Part shown: positions 46,001 to 58,481 of the stretch, one piece after another
Position numbering within the stretch: the stretch's first letter is position 1
Layout of the letters: every line of letters starts with the position of its first letter
Notes under the pieces: generated by a model
Told to the model about the DNA's origin: nothing
The model's input: only the letters and a program-made list of their open reading frames with translations
Databases searched by the model: none
Made by a program: the position numbers and the translations under genes
From: Oopsacas minuta
Lineage: Eukaryota > Animalia > Porifera
Length of the DNA: 64,000 bases
Direction of reading: 5' to 3'
NCBI GenBank assembly: GCA_024704765.1
Contig: JAKMXF010000347.1
Location: forward strand, 124,001-188,000

Positions 46001-49000
46001 TAAGACTGTAGATGAGTTAAAGGACTGGATAGAAAGAGATGGAGAGTGTCAAGATGAAATATTTATTGTATTCTTGATTCTACTGAAAAGAGAAACACAT
46101 GGAAGTAAGTTTGCAAGTTTTTGTGGAGGTGATTGGAACACAGTTCATATTGATGACATCCATTCCCTGGATTATACTGAATTACCCCTCATCTCTCTTC
46201 TATATGGAAAACCAAATTGGCAGCTGTTTGATGAATATGATAAGGTAAACTTTGTGTTGTTGTAAATTTAATTGATTTGATTGCTCAAAAGCAAGGTAGA
46301 AAACAATTCGAACCGAATATCAGTATGCATGAAAAACTGCCTTACCGAACACTGAACACTGATACTGAAAATATTCGGTAAACTCAACTGAATGCTTCTG
46401 ATAATAGTCGGTTTTGGTCAATTGATTCCGGATACTGCTATTCGGTTATTAACCGATTATCAACTACAGCAGATCTCGGATATAACGTACTCGGCTTAAG
46501 AAGTACTTTTTTCAATAATGGATCATTAATTTTGTACTAATTGTATAAGAAAAATATTTAGATAAGATGTACAGTACGCACTATTTTTTGTTTCCTGAGG
46601 GGTATACATTATATCCGATCTCTACTGTATTAATCAGATATTTCTCTGTTGAACTGAAAATTCAAACATTCTGTTACAACCTTGCTACATTTCTTTACCA
46701 ATCTTTAGATAACACCGCAACATATATCCCATAATAGAAGATTTAATGATTGTATTCAGCAAGCAGCTTCAAGATTAGACGATATTCATAGCAGTGGAAT
46801 GCGTACTGTTGAAAGAATTCGAGATTTGAATATTCTCCTGACAAAAGACAAGTATCGTAGTAAGGAATTGTACTTAGTCGTTATGTAGCACTTCTAGTGT
46901 TTGGGGGGTAGAAATATACCCATCGCCTGGTTCAGACTCTCCCTGAATTACACAACAGAAATTTCTTAAAATGTTACGTCAATTTCCTGTTGCTGTATTT
47001 TAACCGATAACGGAAGGGAAAATATTTGCAATTTTTGAGGCAAAAACGGCGTATTTTTGCGGAAATTTGGGAAATGTTCTTACGATCGCAATATGTAGAC
47101 CGTAATCGGTTAATTAATCGCGTCAAAATTAACATCATGACCACATGTATATTATTAACTTCTTTCAAACTTGAGTTAAGGAGTGTTAGGAATGATTCTG
47201 TACAAGAGGAGGTAGTTTTATGCAATTATGTAATATGGAAGCAAGACAGGCATTCTAATTTCAGGAATTTTTCGATTAATACACTATGAAAACAAATTTC
47301 ATGAATAATGTTTACCTTTTTCGAAATGCGTTTATTTATATATTCCTTTTCATAGTTGAGTTCATCAAGACATTATGTCAAAGATTGACTAATCTGTTGA
47401 GAGATCAATCTAATTCTTCAATTGATACCAACACTAATTGGTTACAACAGACAGCTAATTGTGTAGAAGACATACAATCATCTGGGACTTTCCGTAAAGC
47501 TGTAAATCTCCGTATTAACAGTGCTATTACTCCTCTAATAGCAGAGTTGATTGCTTGTATAGATAGAAATGGAAATCTAGAGCTAGCTCTCTATAATGAA
47601 AAAGTACCAGAATGTTTATTCAATCTCTGGTATGATATATTCAGAGATGAGCGTCTGCTTATGTTACAATACAAAGACACAATCTCTCCAAACACACTAC
47701 TACCTAGAAGGAGAGTTCCTGTATTAAGTGATGGAGGTGGTGGAGAGTATTTCAAAGCTCAATTTCCTTTCTCTTGGTTGATTAATCAGCGTCTAGCTCA
47801 GCTTTCATCGGAAACAAAAATTTTATCAGGTGAAATACATCTTTTTACTGCTCGACACTTAGCATGTGATTGATTTCTTCGGGTATTTCGGCCCAGTGTT
47901 AAAATGCGATTTACTGTACCAAACTATGCTATCGTATACAGTGGAATCTCGTAGTATAGTGGTATAGTGGCCATAGTGTGAAGTTATATACAATATAAGA
48001 TGGTTCTAATATGCTTTAAAGAAACTTTGCATATAGTTGACTGATAAAAGAATTATCAACACAATTGACACAATTTAGGTGACGTCATCAACCAGGTAGA
48101 ATTTGAAACGCGAATAACTTCATAACGATAGCAGCTAAGCTGATACTTCCAATTGATGAAGTATAATAGATGTTATGACGTACACATTGGCCACATAATG
48201 GAAGTAGTGATGACAGATTAAAAATTTCAAAAATTCAGATTTCGCAATTGTAAAATAAAATTGTATACAAATTGTATACAAATTGTATACAAATTGTATA
48301 TCCTCCTAATGGCAAACCATAAATTCAATTCATGGTTAAGTTCAGATTGAGAAGCATGAAATTTCAATCTGTACCGACAGTAAGATCAATTGAAATTCTT
48401 CAAAGTTGCACTATTTAATTGGAGGCAATAGAAGAGTTAAATTTACCTGAAACACAGTTCTTCCAATTAATTACGTCACTATAAATATGTTTCAATACAT
48501 TTACTTACTATACAGTATTACCTATTAGTATAGTACGCTCAGCAAAGAAATTGATTGATGAGAACAAGAGGCAATTCGTTGCTTTCAGCTGCATACAATT
48601 ATCCAGTTACTACTAGCCTTTCTAAAACTAGAGTATATTAGTGGAATAATTTGGAAATTTTGAGTGGAAATTTGTGTAATACTTGACTGATTATAGAAAG
48701 AATAATTTCTCTTTAATTAACCTTTTATTAGTGTAGAGTCGAATTGAATTTCTCTATTTATAGTCGATCATTCTGATGACTTTTGCAGACGTCTTGAAGT
48801 TGTTTTCGTGAAAACTCCCCTTGGGGAGAAAATAATGAAGTATATAATGGAAAAGGATGAGAGTCTTCAGCTAGTACAATTGTATTTACATGATTTCATA
48901 TATATGAATCTATTTCCAATTGACAATAACAAATATCAGGTAAGTTTATTTCAGTTATCCCACCTCATGAGATCATATGTATACAAGTCGGGCTGAATAT

Positions 49001-52000
49001 ATACATCCAGTGTTCCCTCTAAGGATTCGAGTGGTATCCAGGAATTTTCTCATTTTCGAGGTTAGCCTCCGGGAATTTTCCTGAAAAATGCTCGAATCTC
49101 TAGCAAGATTTTGAATACATATCAAGAGTTGTATGTAATAAAGATTTTGAAAATAGTAATGTATATTCTCCATACCTGATAACCTAGCCATTGAAACAAA
49201 ATCTCTAGCGTCATATGAAATATTATTAATTTGATGATTAATCTATGTATTTTGCTGTAACTTTCAGGCTCTGAAAATCCTAAACCGCTAAGCAACCAAT
49301 TACCCCTAACAATATGTTAAAACCTTATCTCTAATGCTTTCGAATTTAAATTGAAGAGTATGAAAATATGATTAAATCATCAGGCGTGAAATCAGAGAGA
49401 AATATTCAAATTCATATCCTAGGTACAAATCTCCGACCCAAATCTCTGTGTGTACCAACTTTGTGTTAACCGGACTGCCAAACTTCGAACGGCCTCGCGG
49501 ATGTACGGACGTCGCACATCGTCCATGCCATTTGGGCATCTCTCTATAGGAGCTGTACTAAAATGATTAATTGTGTTTGTGAGTATTACGCATAGCACAG
49601 AAAATCATTTAGATTTCTGTATTTTGAATAGGTCTATAAAACCGTCCTTCAGAACTATATCAATACCTCATTACCCGATGAAGATGAAGAGCAGAGAGAT
49701 ATAATGACTATTCCAAGAATTCATTGTGCTTTTGAGAACTCAAAGCAGTTATTAGAATTATTTCAACAAGCATTTCAATTGGATAATGGTTTAGCTGGAC
49801 AATTTAATAAGATTATCTCAAAGTTGGAGAAAGTTGATGATGAAAAAATGAATTGTTTAGAACTAGTCTTGATAGAAGTAATAATTAATCTGTGTGGCCA
49901 CAAGAAAGAACGTACAGCTAGCAAGAAGCTAGCTGAGCAGTATGTGAGTGAGGTTAATCAATGGCAAGCTATAGTGGAGAAGGGATTGAGTTTTAACCAA
50001 AATTCATCTGATGAAAATGAAAAATTCAAACTAGAATTGAGGTACAATTTATTTTGGCTCGGACAAGTTCGAGTCTTGGAGGAAATTCGCTTTTTTGGCA
50101 TTTTGGTTTTGAGAAGTTGGCATCCCTGTCAAAACCCGGAATTCAAGGGACATGTAATTGCCATACTTGTAGAAATACATATCCTTATTGCATACGGACT
50201 GAACATTTGTAGGAAAATATGACAATAATTTCGCATTATAGGCAATGATTTCGCATATTTCCATATATTATTTATATGTAATTATTTATATCTTTAGATG
50301 CAGGTGGACTCGTATTATTGCAGTTCAATTATTTATTGGTAATTGCGCCCTTGGTGTTTGGTACAGTGAAATTGAATCTAAGATACACAAACTATTTACG
50401 GTAAGTTGATTATGAAATAGTAAAACTTACTATTTCTTTTTAATACAGTCAATATCGAACACAGATATATTGAAATACCAGCTTATATTTGAGTCTGAAA
50501 TTATACTAAAATGGTCTCCATTGTATTTCTTAGAGATTTAATTGAGGAGCCCTACCAAAATTGAGATATTCCTGATGAAAAAGAGGGCCTAATAAACCAC
50601 TGATTTCTCAAACCGTCAAAGAAATATTATAGTACCGGGTATACCGAAATAATTATCGCGGACACATTAACTTCGTTATAACGGAGTTATTTGTTATCTA
50701 ACAATATTAACATTTGATCTATCCAATTGGCAAGAATGATAGCTAGTAAATTTTATTACTATCTTATCAGGTTTATGAATTCATGTTACTGTTTCACTAT
50801 CTAGCTCCTTGGAGAAACTCCAGATTTCACTTCTGTAGAACTAATCAAAGAAGTCATTCAAATACTAACAAACTGTATGAAGAAAATGAAAAAAGGTTCA
50901 GGGTAAGGGATGACCCGATGTTCCTAATAATATTGAATGGATGATCAATAATTAACTTTCTCCTAAATATATATTTATCATCTGTGTTCCCTCCAATTTA
51001 CTTGTAACAAGGCATCTGATGGGGAATATAGGCAATAATCCGGGGCGTATTTATAGACAGTTAGACACACTTACTCTCAAATTTTGTGGGGTATCAGTAG
51101 GGCATTAGTCGATCGTGTTAAACAAGATTACGATCCCGATCCCGTTCAAGATCCTTATTTCAAAAACGATCGCGATCCCGATCATTTTTCTGATCGTTTG
51201 TGAATATTCAAGATGTGTATTATTGATTGTTCCATAATTTCTTATGCCAAAAGAAACATAGGTGGAAAATCAACACATTCTACGAACGAATATTACTGAT
51301 CATTGGACACAAATTTGGAACAGTTACCTAAGTATACAAAACGCTAATGATAGTAGCATTCAAAGTATACAAAAATGATCCAAATTTTTGTGCAAAAAAG
51401 GATCGCGATCTTACATCCGATCTTTCATAATACAATGATCGCCGATCGTCGCCAGATCGTCAAAGAAGTATCGCGATCGTGATGGAGCGATCAATGATCG
51501 TACGATCCTAATGCCCTAGGTATCAGGTATGCGCTCTGAATTCCTAAATGAGGCACTCAAAGTGTTACAAATCCCGGTGTGGGTGTTTGGTTTAATAAAG
51601 ACAAAATTCTAGGGGAATACCTCCAGATTGAAGTAATAAAATCGACTTTGCGCATACACCGAATTTATAACCACTATTACATTAGAAGTACCTGAGAAAA
51701 CATAAACCTTGAAGTGAGGATAACATTATTATTTGATGAAGAATATAAAGTACTGTAGACCTCGAATAGCGTGTTAAATACACTGAACAATATCCAAGGT
51801 ATATTCACTTGACAACTACTAAAATAGTGTTAAAATACACTGGAACAACATGGAAGCACAATTGCTGTTCTGTCTGTACACAAATGTTGCAGAATCTTTT
51901 ACACAGTACCACCACGTTATGTACTATTTAATATATGCCCAATGGACATGCACACTGTAATATATGCATTCTCAGATTCTTGTAATATAATTAAGACGCA

Positions 52001-55000
52001 TGCACATTGTAGATTTTAAAATATGTACGGATTCTATAAGGGAAATACTGTATATCATAACTCGCATATATCTAGATTAACTGCACTTGACATACAAGAA
52101 TTCCAGATTAAAGCTACAAGATTCTTCATTAGTATCCTAACCAATCTAACATTCAAATCTATACGATTAGAAGATAGAAATAATGAACTGAACAATCTGA
52201 TAATGGGGTTTGTGAAATCCAATGAGAAGAATGTAGGCAAAATGTTCTCTGACAAAGGACAAATTATTATATTTACAAAAGATGGAGTTGATCCTTCTCC
52301 AACTTTCAGAGCCTATTTACTACAGATGCTGATTAGATATAGGTAACCTTCTTTATTATTTTAGAAGAAACTTCCCCAAAAGGTTATCATGTCATATCGT
52401 AATTTTATCTCATTTTTCTAGGCAAGATGTCTTTAAAGATTATATTTCTGACTATTTGACAAATGTTGTGAATAATTTGAAGAATAATCTGATGAAGAGC
52501 GAATTATATCTACTGATATCTCAATCAATTGAGGTAATATTAATGTAAATATTTGGCCATATATTGTACATGCGAGAGCACTGCAGCGCCAGACAAATTT
52601 CAGGACATAAACTGGAAAGTTTTGGTAATTTACTGAATTAATTATTTAGGATTCTCTCCATCAACTAATTAAAAGTGGAAAACCTGATCAAGAAACTGAG
52701 TTTGTCAAATTCCACATTAACAATGTAACTCGAGATCAACCAGATATATCATATCAATTGCTGGAAAAGATAGCTAGACTGAGGTTTATCAGTGTGTACA
52801 TATCTAAATGGGTTGTTGAATGCTATAACCTTCTTAAAACACAATCAAACACACAACTACCTGATCATATACTAGGAGAGAGAATGAGATTGATTACCAG
52901 CTTTCAGGAAATCTGTTTAATGAAAGGACACGAAGATATCCATTCACTTCTCTTCAAGAGTATATACCATAAGCTGGGAAGTGATACACTTAATCGTCTT
53001 AAATCAAATATCTCCTGTTCCTGGATTATACCAGAATGTGTTTCAGACAATATTGAGGTACCAGTTACAAATACTAATGCCAAATATATTCTGAAATAAT
53101 TATAATTATTATTACTCTAAGATCTCTCTCAAATTGAAGTTTATAAATACCATATTTCTCTGAATAAGCGCCCTGTACTTATTCATATGTAGACTAATCA
53201 CTTGTTTCTATATACACTCAGTGTCCATAATCTTACTAATACTTGACTTTAATAGTTATTTCTTATTTGCCATGTAAAATTATGCTTAATTACTTGTGTG
53301 AGAATACTCCGGTGCGAATTCAGAAATACATTAATTTATTTGAATCAAATACTTGTAGATTCCTGATTATTTTCTAATATACAAAGCAGAATATACAATA
53401 ATGAAAATTGCAATTGAACAAATAATTAGGATACAGACTAAAGAACCTCTCTTGCGGTTATTCAATCCTGGAAATGTGAGTATTGTACTTCTTAGTGAGT
53501 TTAATTTCCTTATGAAAATCTTTCAATCAACTAAATACTCCGCTGTAGAAACCTGAACCAGCAGAGTACTTCATATACTGCCTTTTTCAACTAATCGTAT
53601 CTTCTATACAACAAAATGGAGAACCTCAGATATTTACAATTGAGGTTTGTAATATTATTTCTTAAACATAAATTTAACTCAAATATTTATTGCTTGATTT
53701 TATGGATATTATGATTATGTAATCCTAAATAATGATAATCAAAAAGTATTTGATGTGTTTTTAGAAATTTGATAGTCTGAAAGACTTTGTGAATTCTGAC
53801 CTGAAGAAAATCAATCCAGTACTATACAATTTAGCTATTCAGATAGCAACAAACAACTTTGGAAATGGAAATCTACCAAATCTTAAACTTACAGATACTT
53901 CCAGTAATCATGAATTATTCCTAATCAGACTAATATACCATGTAGCTGTTATGTTATCTTGTAAGAAATATCACAAGCTGTTCCTACCTATTGCTTTGAT
54001 ATACGAGGACCCTCAGACTCTACAGGATAAGTTATTTCCTACTATGATGGATGATCCACTAATATCTGCTAAAGTTGCTATGATTGGAGAATCTGGAAAA
54101 TGGTACCAATGTCCTAAAGGTCATCCTTACTTCATTGGAAATGTAAGTGCTAATGACATCCAATCATATAGGTGTACAGTATACTGTAAATTTTTACAGG
54201 ACCATCACGTGAATTAGCCTCCAATCCATCATCTGAGTCAGGTGCAGCACAACCTGTGCAGTCTGACGTACGCCGGACCTCTATATCCTCTCAGACTGGT
54301 AATTTTCCTGTCTTTGAATGAAAAGAAATAGAGCCTTTGGGTATTATATCATATTCAGGTATATAAATATGGTCCAATGTCCTACACATGACTAGGTATA
54401 ATATCGGAAATCCGCCGCTGGACCACATATTGAAACGATGCGTCGCCACCGCAAGTACACCTACATGATTTCGGCGTCCCTCTTAGGTTAAATACGCTGT
54501 CCAAGGCTAATTACATTCCTATCATAAATTTGTTTTGATTATCTATTTGTAGTGTGGCGGTGCAGTAACCACTTACGTTTGTGCTGATTGTGGGTGTAAA
54601 ATAGGAGGAACAGATTACAAGTTAAAACGTCGGAATGTACTACTGGATCAAACTAAAGATGGTACTAAAACTGGGTATCTGTTAGGACCTGTTAATCATG
54701 TTAGAGGTTTGCAAACTAGTGACAGGTATGTATCGCTTGAATTACTTAACATCTATCAGTACATTAAATACCATTATATTAACATTGCAGGTTGCTATCC
54801 CTTGCTTCTGTTAAGATAATTCGTATCCTGATGGACATCACTTTCATCTGGGCAGCTGGTTCAAGCGCTAAAAACAGGAATCGAATACTTCTCTCTCTAA
54901 TGAAAGAAGGATTAAATAATTCAAAAGATATACCTAACTTCTTTACAGAACATTTAGAAAGAGACTTAACAGATTTATCTGGTCTGACAGGGAAAAGCTT

Positions 55001-57396
55001 TGAAGAAATTGTTTTCTTTCTCCATTTGATTACAAAATCAATAATGGAGAATGCGAGGGAGCTCTGTTAGTCATTAGTATTTAAGGCATTTCAGTGTATA
55101 TCAATGTATTACTATTCAACGGTTTATTACAGGTACGATTCCTACTGAGTTAACACAAAAGGAGTTGAGAGAGCAGTGGGAGAGAGAATTTAATAATAAA
55201 TTCATTCAACCTATACTCAACTCTCTAAACACAGATGTACAGAGACAGATGGAGCAGGTGCTGAGTGAGAAGAGGATAGCTAACAATCCCTTCCTCAGGT
55301 TAATTAATTAATACAGAGATATTTGTTAAAATATCTATGAATTGTCTTAAATGATTCACGCCTAAATCTTTAGAATGGTATACGAGAAAGATGATTCAGA
55401 ACCAAACAACCCGTTACCTCATCTATGGCGTTACAGAACTATTGTGAGTCTGGAGCATTTCTCTCAGAGCTTCAGTACAGCCGATTTAAATACCAAAAAC
55501 AAGTGTCCGTTAGTAGACAAGTTCTTGAAAGAAGAAAACAAATTGTTTGTGACTCGTTACTTACCAGACATTGTACAGCTACAGAGACGAGTAGGAGATA
55601 AGTTCCTACACAGATTGGATAGGAGAGAAGCTGCTAATACTTCTATTAAAGATTTCTTAAATAGAATGAAAACTGGTAAAATATAATATCAATATTTACC
55701 TGATTGATTCAGTGATAATCATCACAATTATATTTCTTTTAGAGAACAAACAAGAATCAGAAGAATTAGCTAGACTAGTGGAGAGTCTTGCTACAGCATG
55801 GAGTATGATTGGAGAAGATGTGAAGAAGAATGGACGTCTCACAATGGAAGAATCTCTAGAACAACAAGAAATAACTCCTGCTACTTCTCTCGCTTACCTG
55901 CTCCCTTCTTCAACAGGAGAGGGAGTGCTGATCACCTCACTCACTGACTATCTATTGCTGATACACAACTCATTTGTACATGCCTACAGAGACAGAGTGA
56001 AGTGGTATGTATCATTCTATTGAATGATATCCCTATAGGCATGTCTCATTTTATTCACATTGTATTAGGTCCCGTAGTGACAAGATACCACTCCGTGAAT
56101 TGAATATGAGTCATGTGATTGAGTACGAGGAACATCTGCAGCCTCTACTGTTGTCACATGCTCACTACTCACTAGCTCTCGGACAAGGAAGTCAAGTGAC
56201 TTATGATTTTGAGGGAGTAGAACAGCAATTAATGGAACAATTCATTCAGAACAAACCTCTTATTCTAGCAGAACATTCCCGCTTTGAATATATTCGTGAG
56301 GCTTACAATCTGGAAGTGTTCGAACAGGTGCGACACAAAGTTCAACAGGTCAGTAACTTTTGATATTTTATTATTGCATTCATACACTCATTTGTACTTG
56401 TGTGTTCTGTATTAATCTCATAACTGTTTCTTCCAGACTGAAGTGAGAGTGATAGTATGGAAAGCTATACAAGAAGATTTAGACTCACTTGAAGCAGTTA
56501 GTGATGTTCTCCTAATACTAGATGTAGTGATTAGATTCTTATCATCAGCAGGAGGAGATCCAGAACAAAAATTGTCTTCTTATCTTACTGATGTTTACAG
56601 TATTCTCATGATTCTCATGGAGCTGGTACTCTACAGAGCAGAAGGGTATATATTGCTGATTTCCTTTTCTTGATGTTAAATATCTTAATAATTACATAAA
56701 TTATTTACAGGCAAATGTAGAGTTATGTCTGAAACATGTAATCAGCTTCAGAACTCATCTATCTATAGAGAAAGCTCGGAAGCTCTCTCTCCAAGGACAG
56801 GTATGTATCATATGATTTTGACAAGTACGCTTTGCTTGCTTGCAATGTGCAGCTTTTGTACCATATTGTATGCAAATACAAATTGGATACAATATTGTAG
56901 CCTCTACCGATTCTTCAATTAACCATACACAAACAAAAAATCTCTTAGATTACTTGTAATATCTACATTCACTTTCAACATCACTCTTCTAATTTTCTTT
57001 AATTTCTTTATAGATTCCTTTTTCATCTCTGAAAAATGAGTTTCAGGAAGTTGTAAGTGAGGAAGAGAGAAAACTGATACAGGAAAGCTGCAAACACTTT
57101 CCAGTGGACAAGATCATGGCATATCTCCATGAATATATAATCTTCTTTTTGCAAGATAGAGATAGTGAAGAGAAAGCTTATGGGTATGTATTACTACCCT
57201 GGATCTTTATGTACTATCTATTGATTCTATTTCTTATAGACTGAGAGAATGTGTAGAAATATACGCTAATGAGAATGATTGGGAACTCCCTGAAGGATTC
57301 AATCAGTTCCCTCAACAAATACAGCAATCACAATGTGCCTCTGCTTGGGCTGTATTAGCTCTACAAGAGAATACAAATCTAAATATCAACAAATAA
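36085..57396 (+). CDS. RNF213: RNF213/mysterin-like giant AAA+ ATPase / RZ-type E3 ligase (copy a), ~5,000 codons, 23 exons, with frameshifts
   Basis: Exons 36085-46244, 46709-46859, 47356-47829, 48764-48939, 49632-50041, 50298-50400, 50805-50902, 52076-52342, 52422-52533, 52650-53057, 53359-53475, 53549-53644, 53765-54142, 54553-54725, 54791-55065, 55133-55298, 55374-55675, 55743-56004, 56069-56348, 56437-56645, 56711-56800, 57014-57183, 57240-57396. All introns are GT-AG and phases agree except at exon 20. Motifs: SGAGKSLY, GETGCGKT..FFDEANT, GKPGSSKSL..LEEVGLAE, RZ finger, C-terminal QFPQQI..CASAW. Confidence 0.92.
48258..48300. repeat. 11-bp tandem repeat (aaattgtatac)x4 in an RNF213 intron
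   Basis: Four units; each junction forms the palindrome ttgtatacaa. Confidence 0.9.
51098..51518. mobile_element. Young 421-bp hAT MITE in RNF213 intron 7
   Basis: Perfect 11-bp TIR tagggcattag/ctaatgcccta; perfect 8-bp TSD ggtatcag (51090-97, 51519-26); about 20 GATC motifs clustered near both ends. Confidence 0.95.
51863..52012 (+). pseudogene. Decayed RING-finger coding relic in RNF213 intron 7
   Basis: One frame reads CCSVCTQMLQN..*YMPNGHAHCNICILRFL*YN*DACTL*, at the position where RNF213 has CSIC..LPCDHVHCLRC..CPYC. Confidence 0.55.
54101..54620 (+). other. RZ finger of RNF213 copy a, split by intron 54143-54552
   Basis: Spliced translation WYQCPKGHPYFIGN|CGGAVTTYVCADCGCKIGGTDY aligns with human CPNGHPCSVGECGRPMEQSICIDCHAPIGGIDH. 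Confidence 0.9.
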
Positions 57397-57994
57397 GTTG
57401 ACTTATTGTTTTGATAGAATAATTATTTGAACAATAAAAAGCAAGAATTCATTTGAATGTTTGCAGATAATACGCGTGTTTGTATTTTATATATTTTGAA
57501 TTATTTTGGCTATTTTATTGATTTCAATTGTACTTTGACCCTAATATCGATTTCAATTTCTGTTAATAATTATATATGTACGAGTTAAGAGGATGTATTT
57601 TGCATGTATAATGTAATATACTGTGGGTACAACTGATCGTCAGACACTGCGAGCGCCGTAGGCTAGTTTATGGTTAAAATGAAATTAAGTCAGGTTTTGG
57701 GTATTTTAACAACATTTTATTTATGGAGGAGTGAATTAATTTCATTGTTTAACAGAGCATGGCATTATTCCAATCTTTTTTTATTGAATATCTTTGCAAT
57801 CCTATTTTACTATAGTATTAAACTCATAGGTTAGATATCTTAGAAACAATGCTGTACACATAGTCGTAGGAGACGGTACGGTTGGTTAGGCTTCAACCGT
57901 ATCAATATTTGGGCTGCTAATAAAAATAGTATTAGTCAACAAGACTAATTAGCCACTATTAGCATATACGTATACGTGGTAGAACAATATGTAT

Positions 57995-58337
57995 ACATTA
58001 TGAGCAAAGATTAAAAGCATTTATTTGTAATTGTATATTCATAGTGTGATGACGTTTTCATGAAATCTGTAAGTTTCACTCAAGAAGTAATCATCATTAA
58101 CTGATTGATTGATTGATTGATAGCCTCCAACATTTCCTTAGATAATGAGTAACTAAATGCTTCCTCAGTTTTCCGAATTTTGTTCTCCTTTGTCATTTCA
58201 ACTAATCTGTAGATATTTTCCTCGTAAGATCCATAATAATATGTTGTGCTTCTTGGGTGCCTCGCTTATCCTACCATTTTGTTTTTGATCTTATATTTCT
58301 TCACACTGCGATTAAAGTTACTATCTCTGAATTGAAA
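57995..58337 (-). pseudogene. Inverted, frameshifted copy of the ROCO last exon and 3' UTR
   Basis: The reverse complement aligns with 32835-33210 (shared gaaaatatctacagattagttgaaatgacaaaggag, aaggaaatgttggaggctatcaatc, ttacttcttgagtgaaacttacagat). It carries indels and an in-frame stop. Confidence 0.9.
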
Positions 58338-58436
58338 CCGGGGCCGCTGAATATTTATTAGTCGGGTTCAGGGGCGCCGAACTTTCTAGCTTTCATGAAT
58401 GATCAAGGGGGATCGAGCCTGCCTATGATCGGGTTT

Positions 58437-58481
58437 CCTTTCACATCTGAAAATTTCCACCAAAATTTCAGATGTGAAAGG
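58437..58481. repeat. 45-nt hairpin with a 16-bp perfect stem (20 bp with 1 mismatch)
   Basis: cctttcacatctgaaaattt-ccacc-aaaatttcagatgtgaaagg. Confidence 0.85.

Noticed and set aside
49704-50222. ORF-track proteins running past exon ends (also 47286, 53789, 56443, 56725)
   Set aside because: Homology to RNF213 stops at GT donors. The extensions are intronic read-through, and 56725 is the wrong frame of exon 21.
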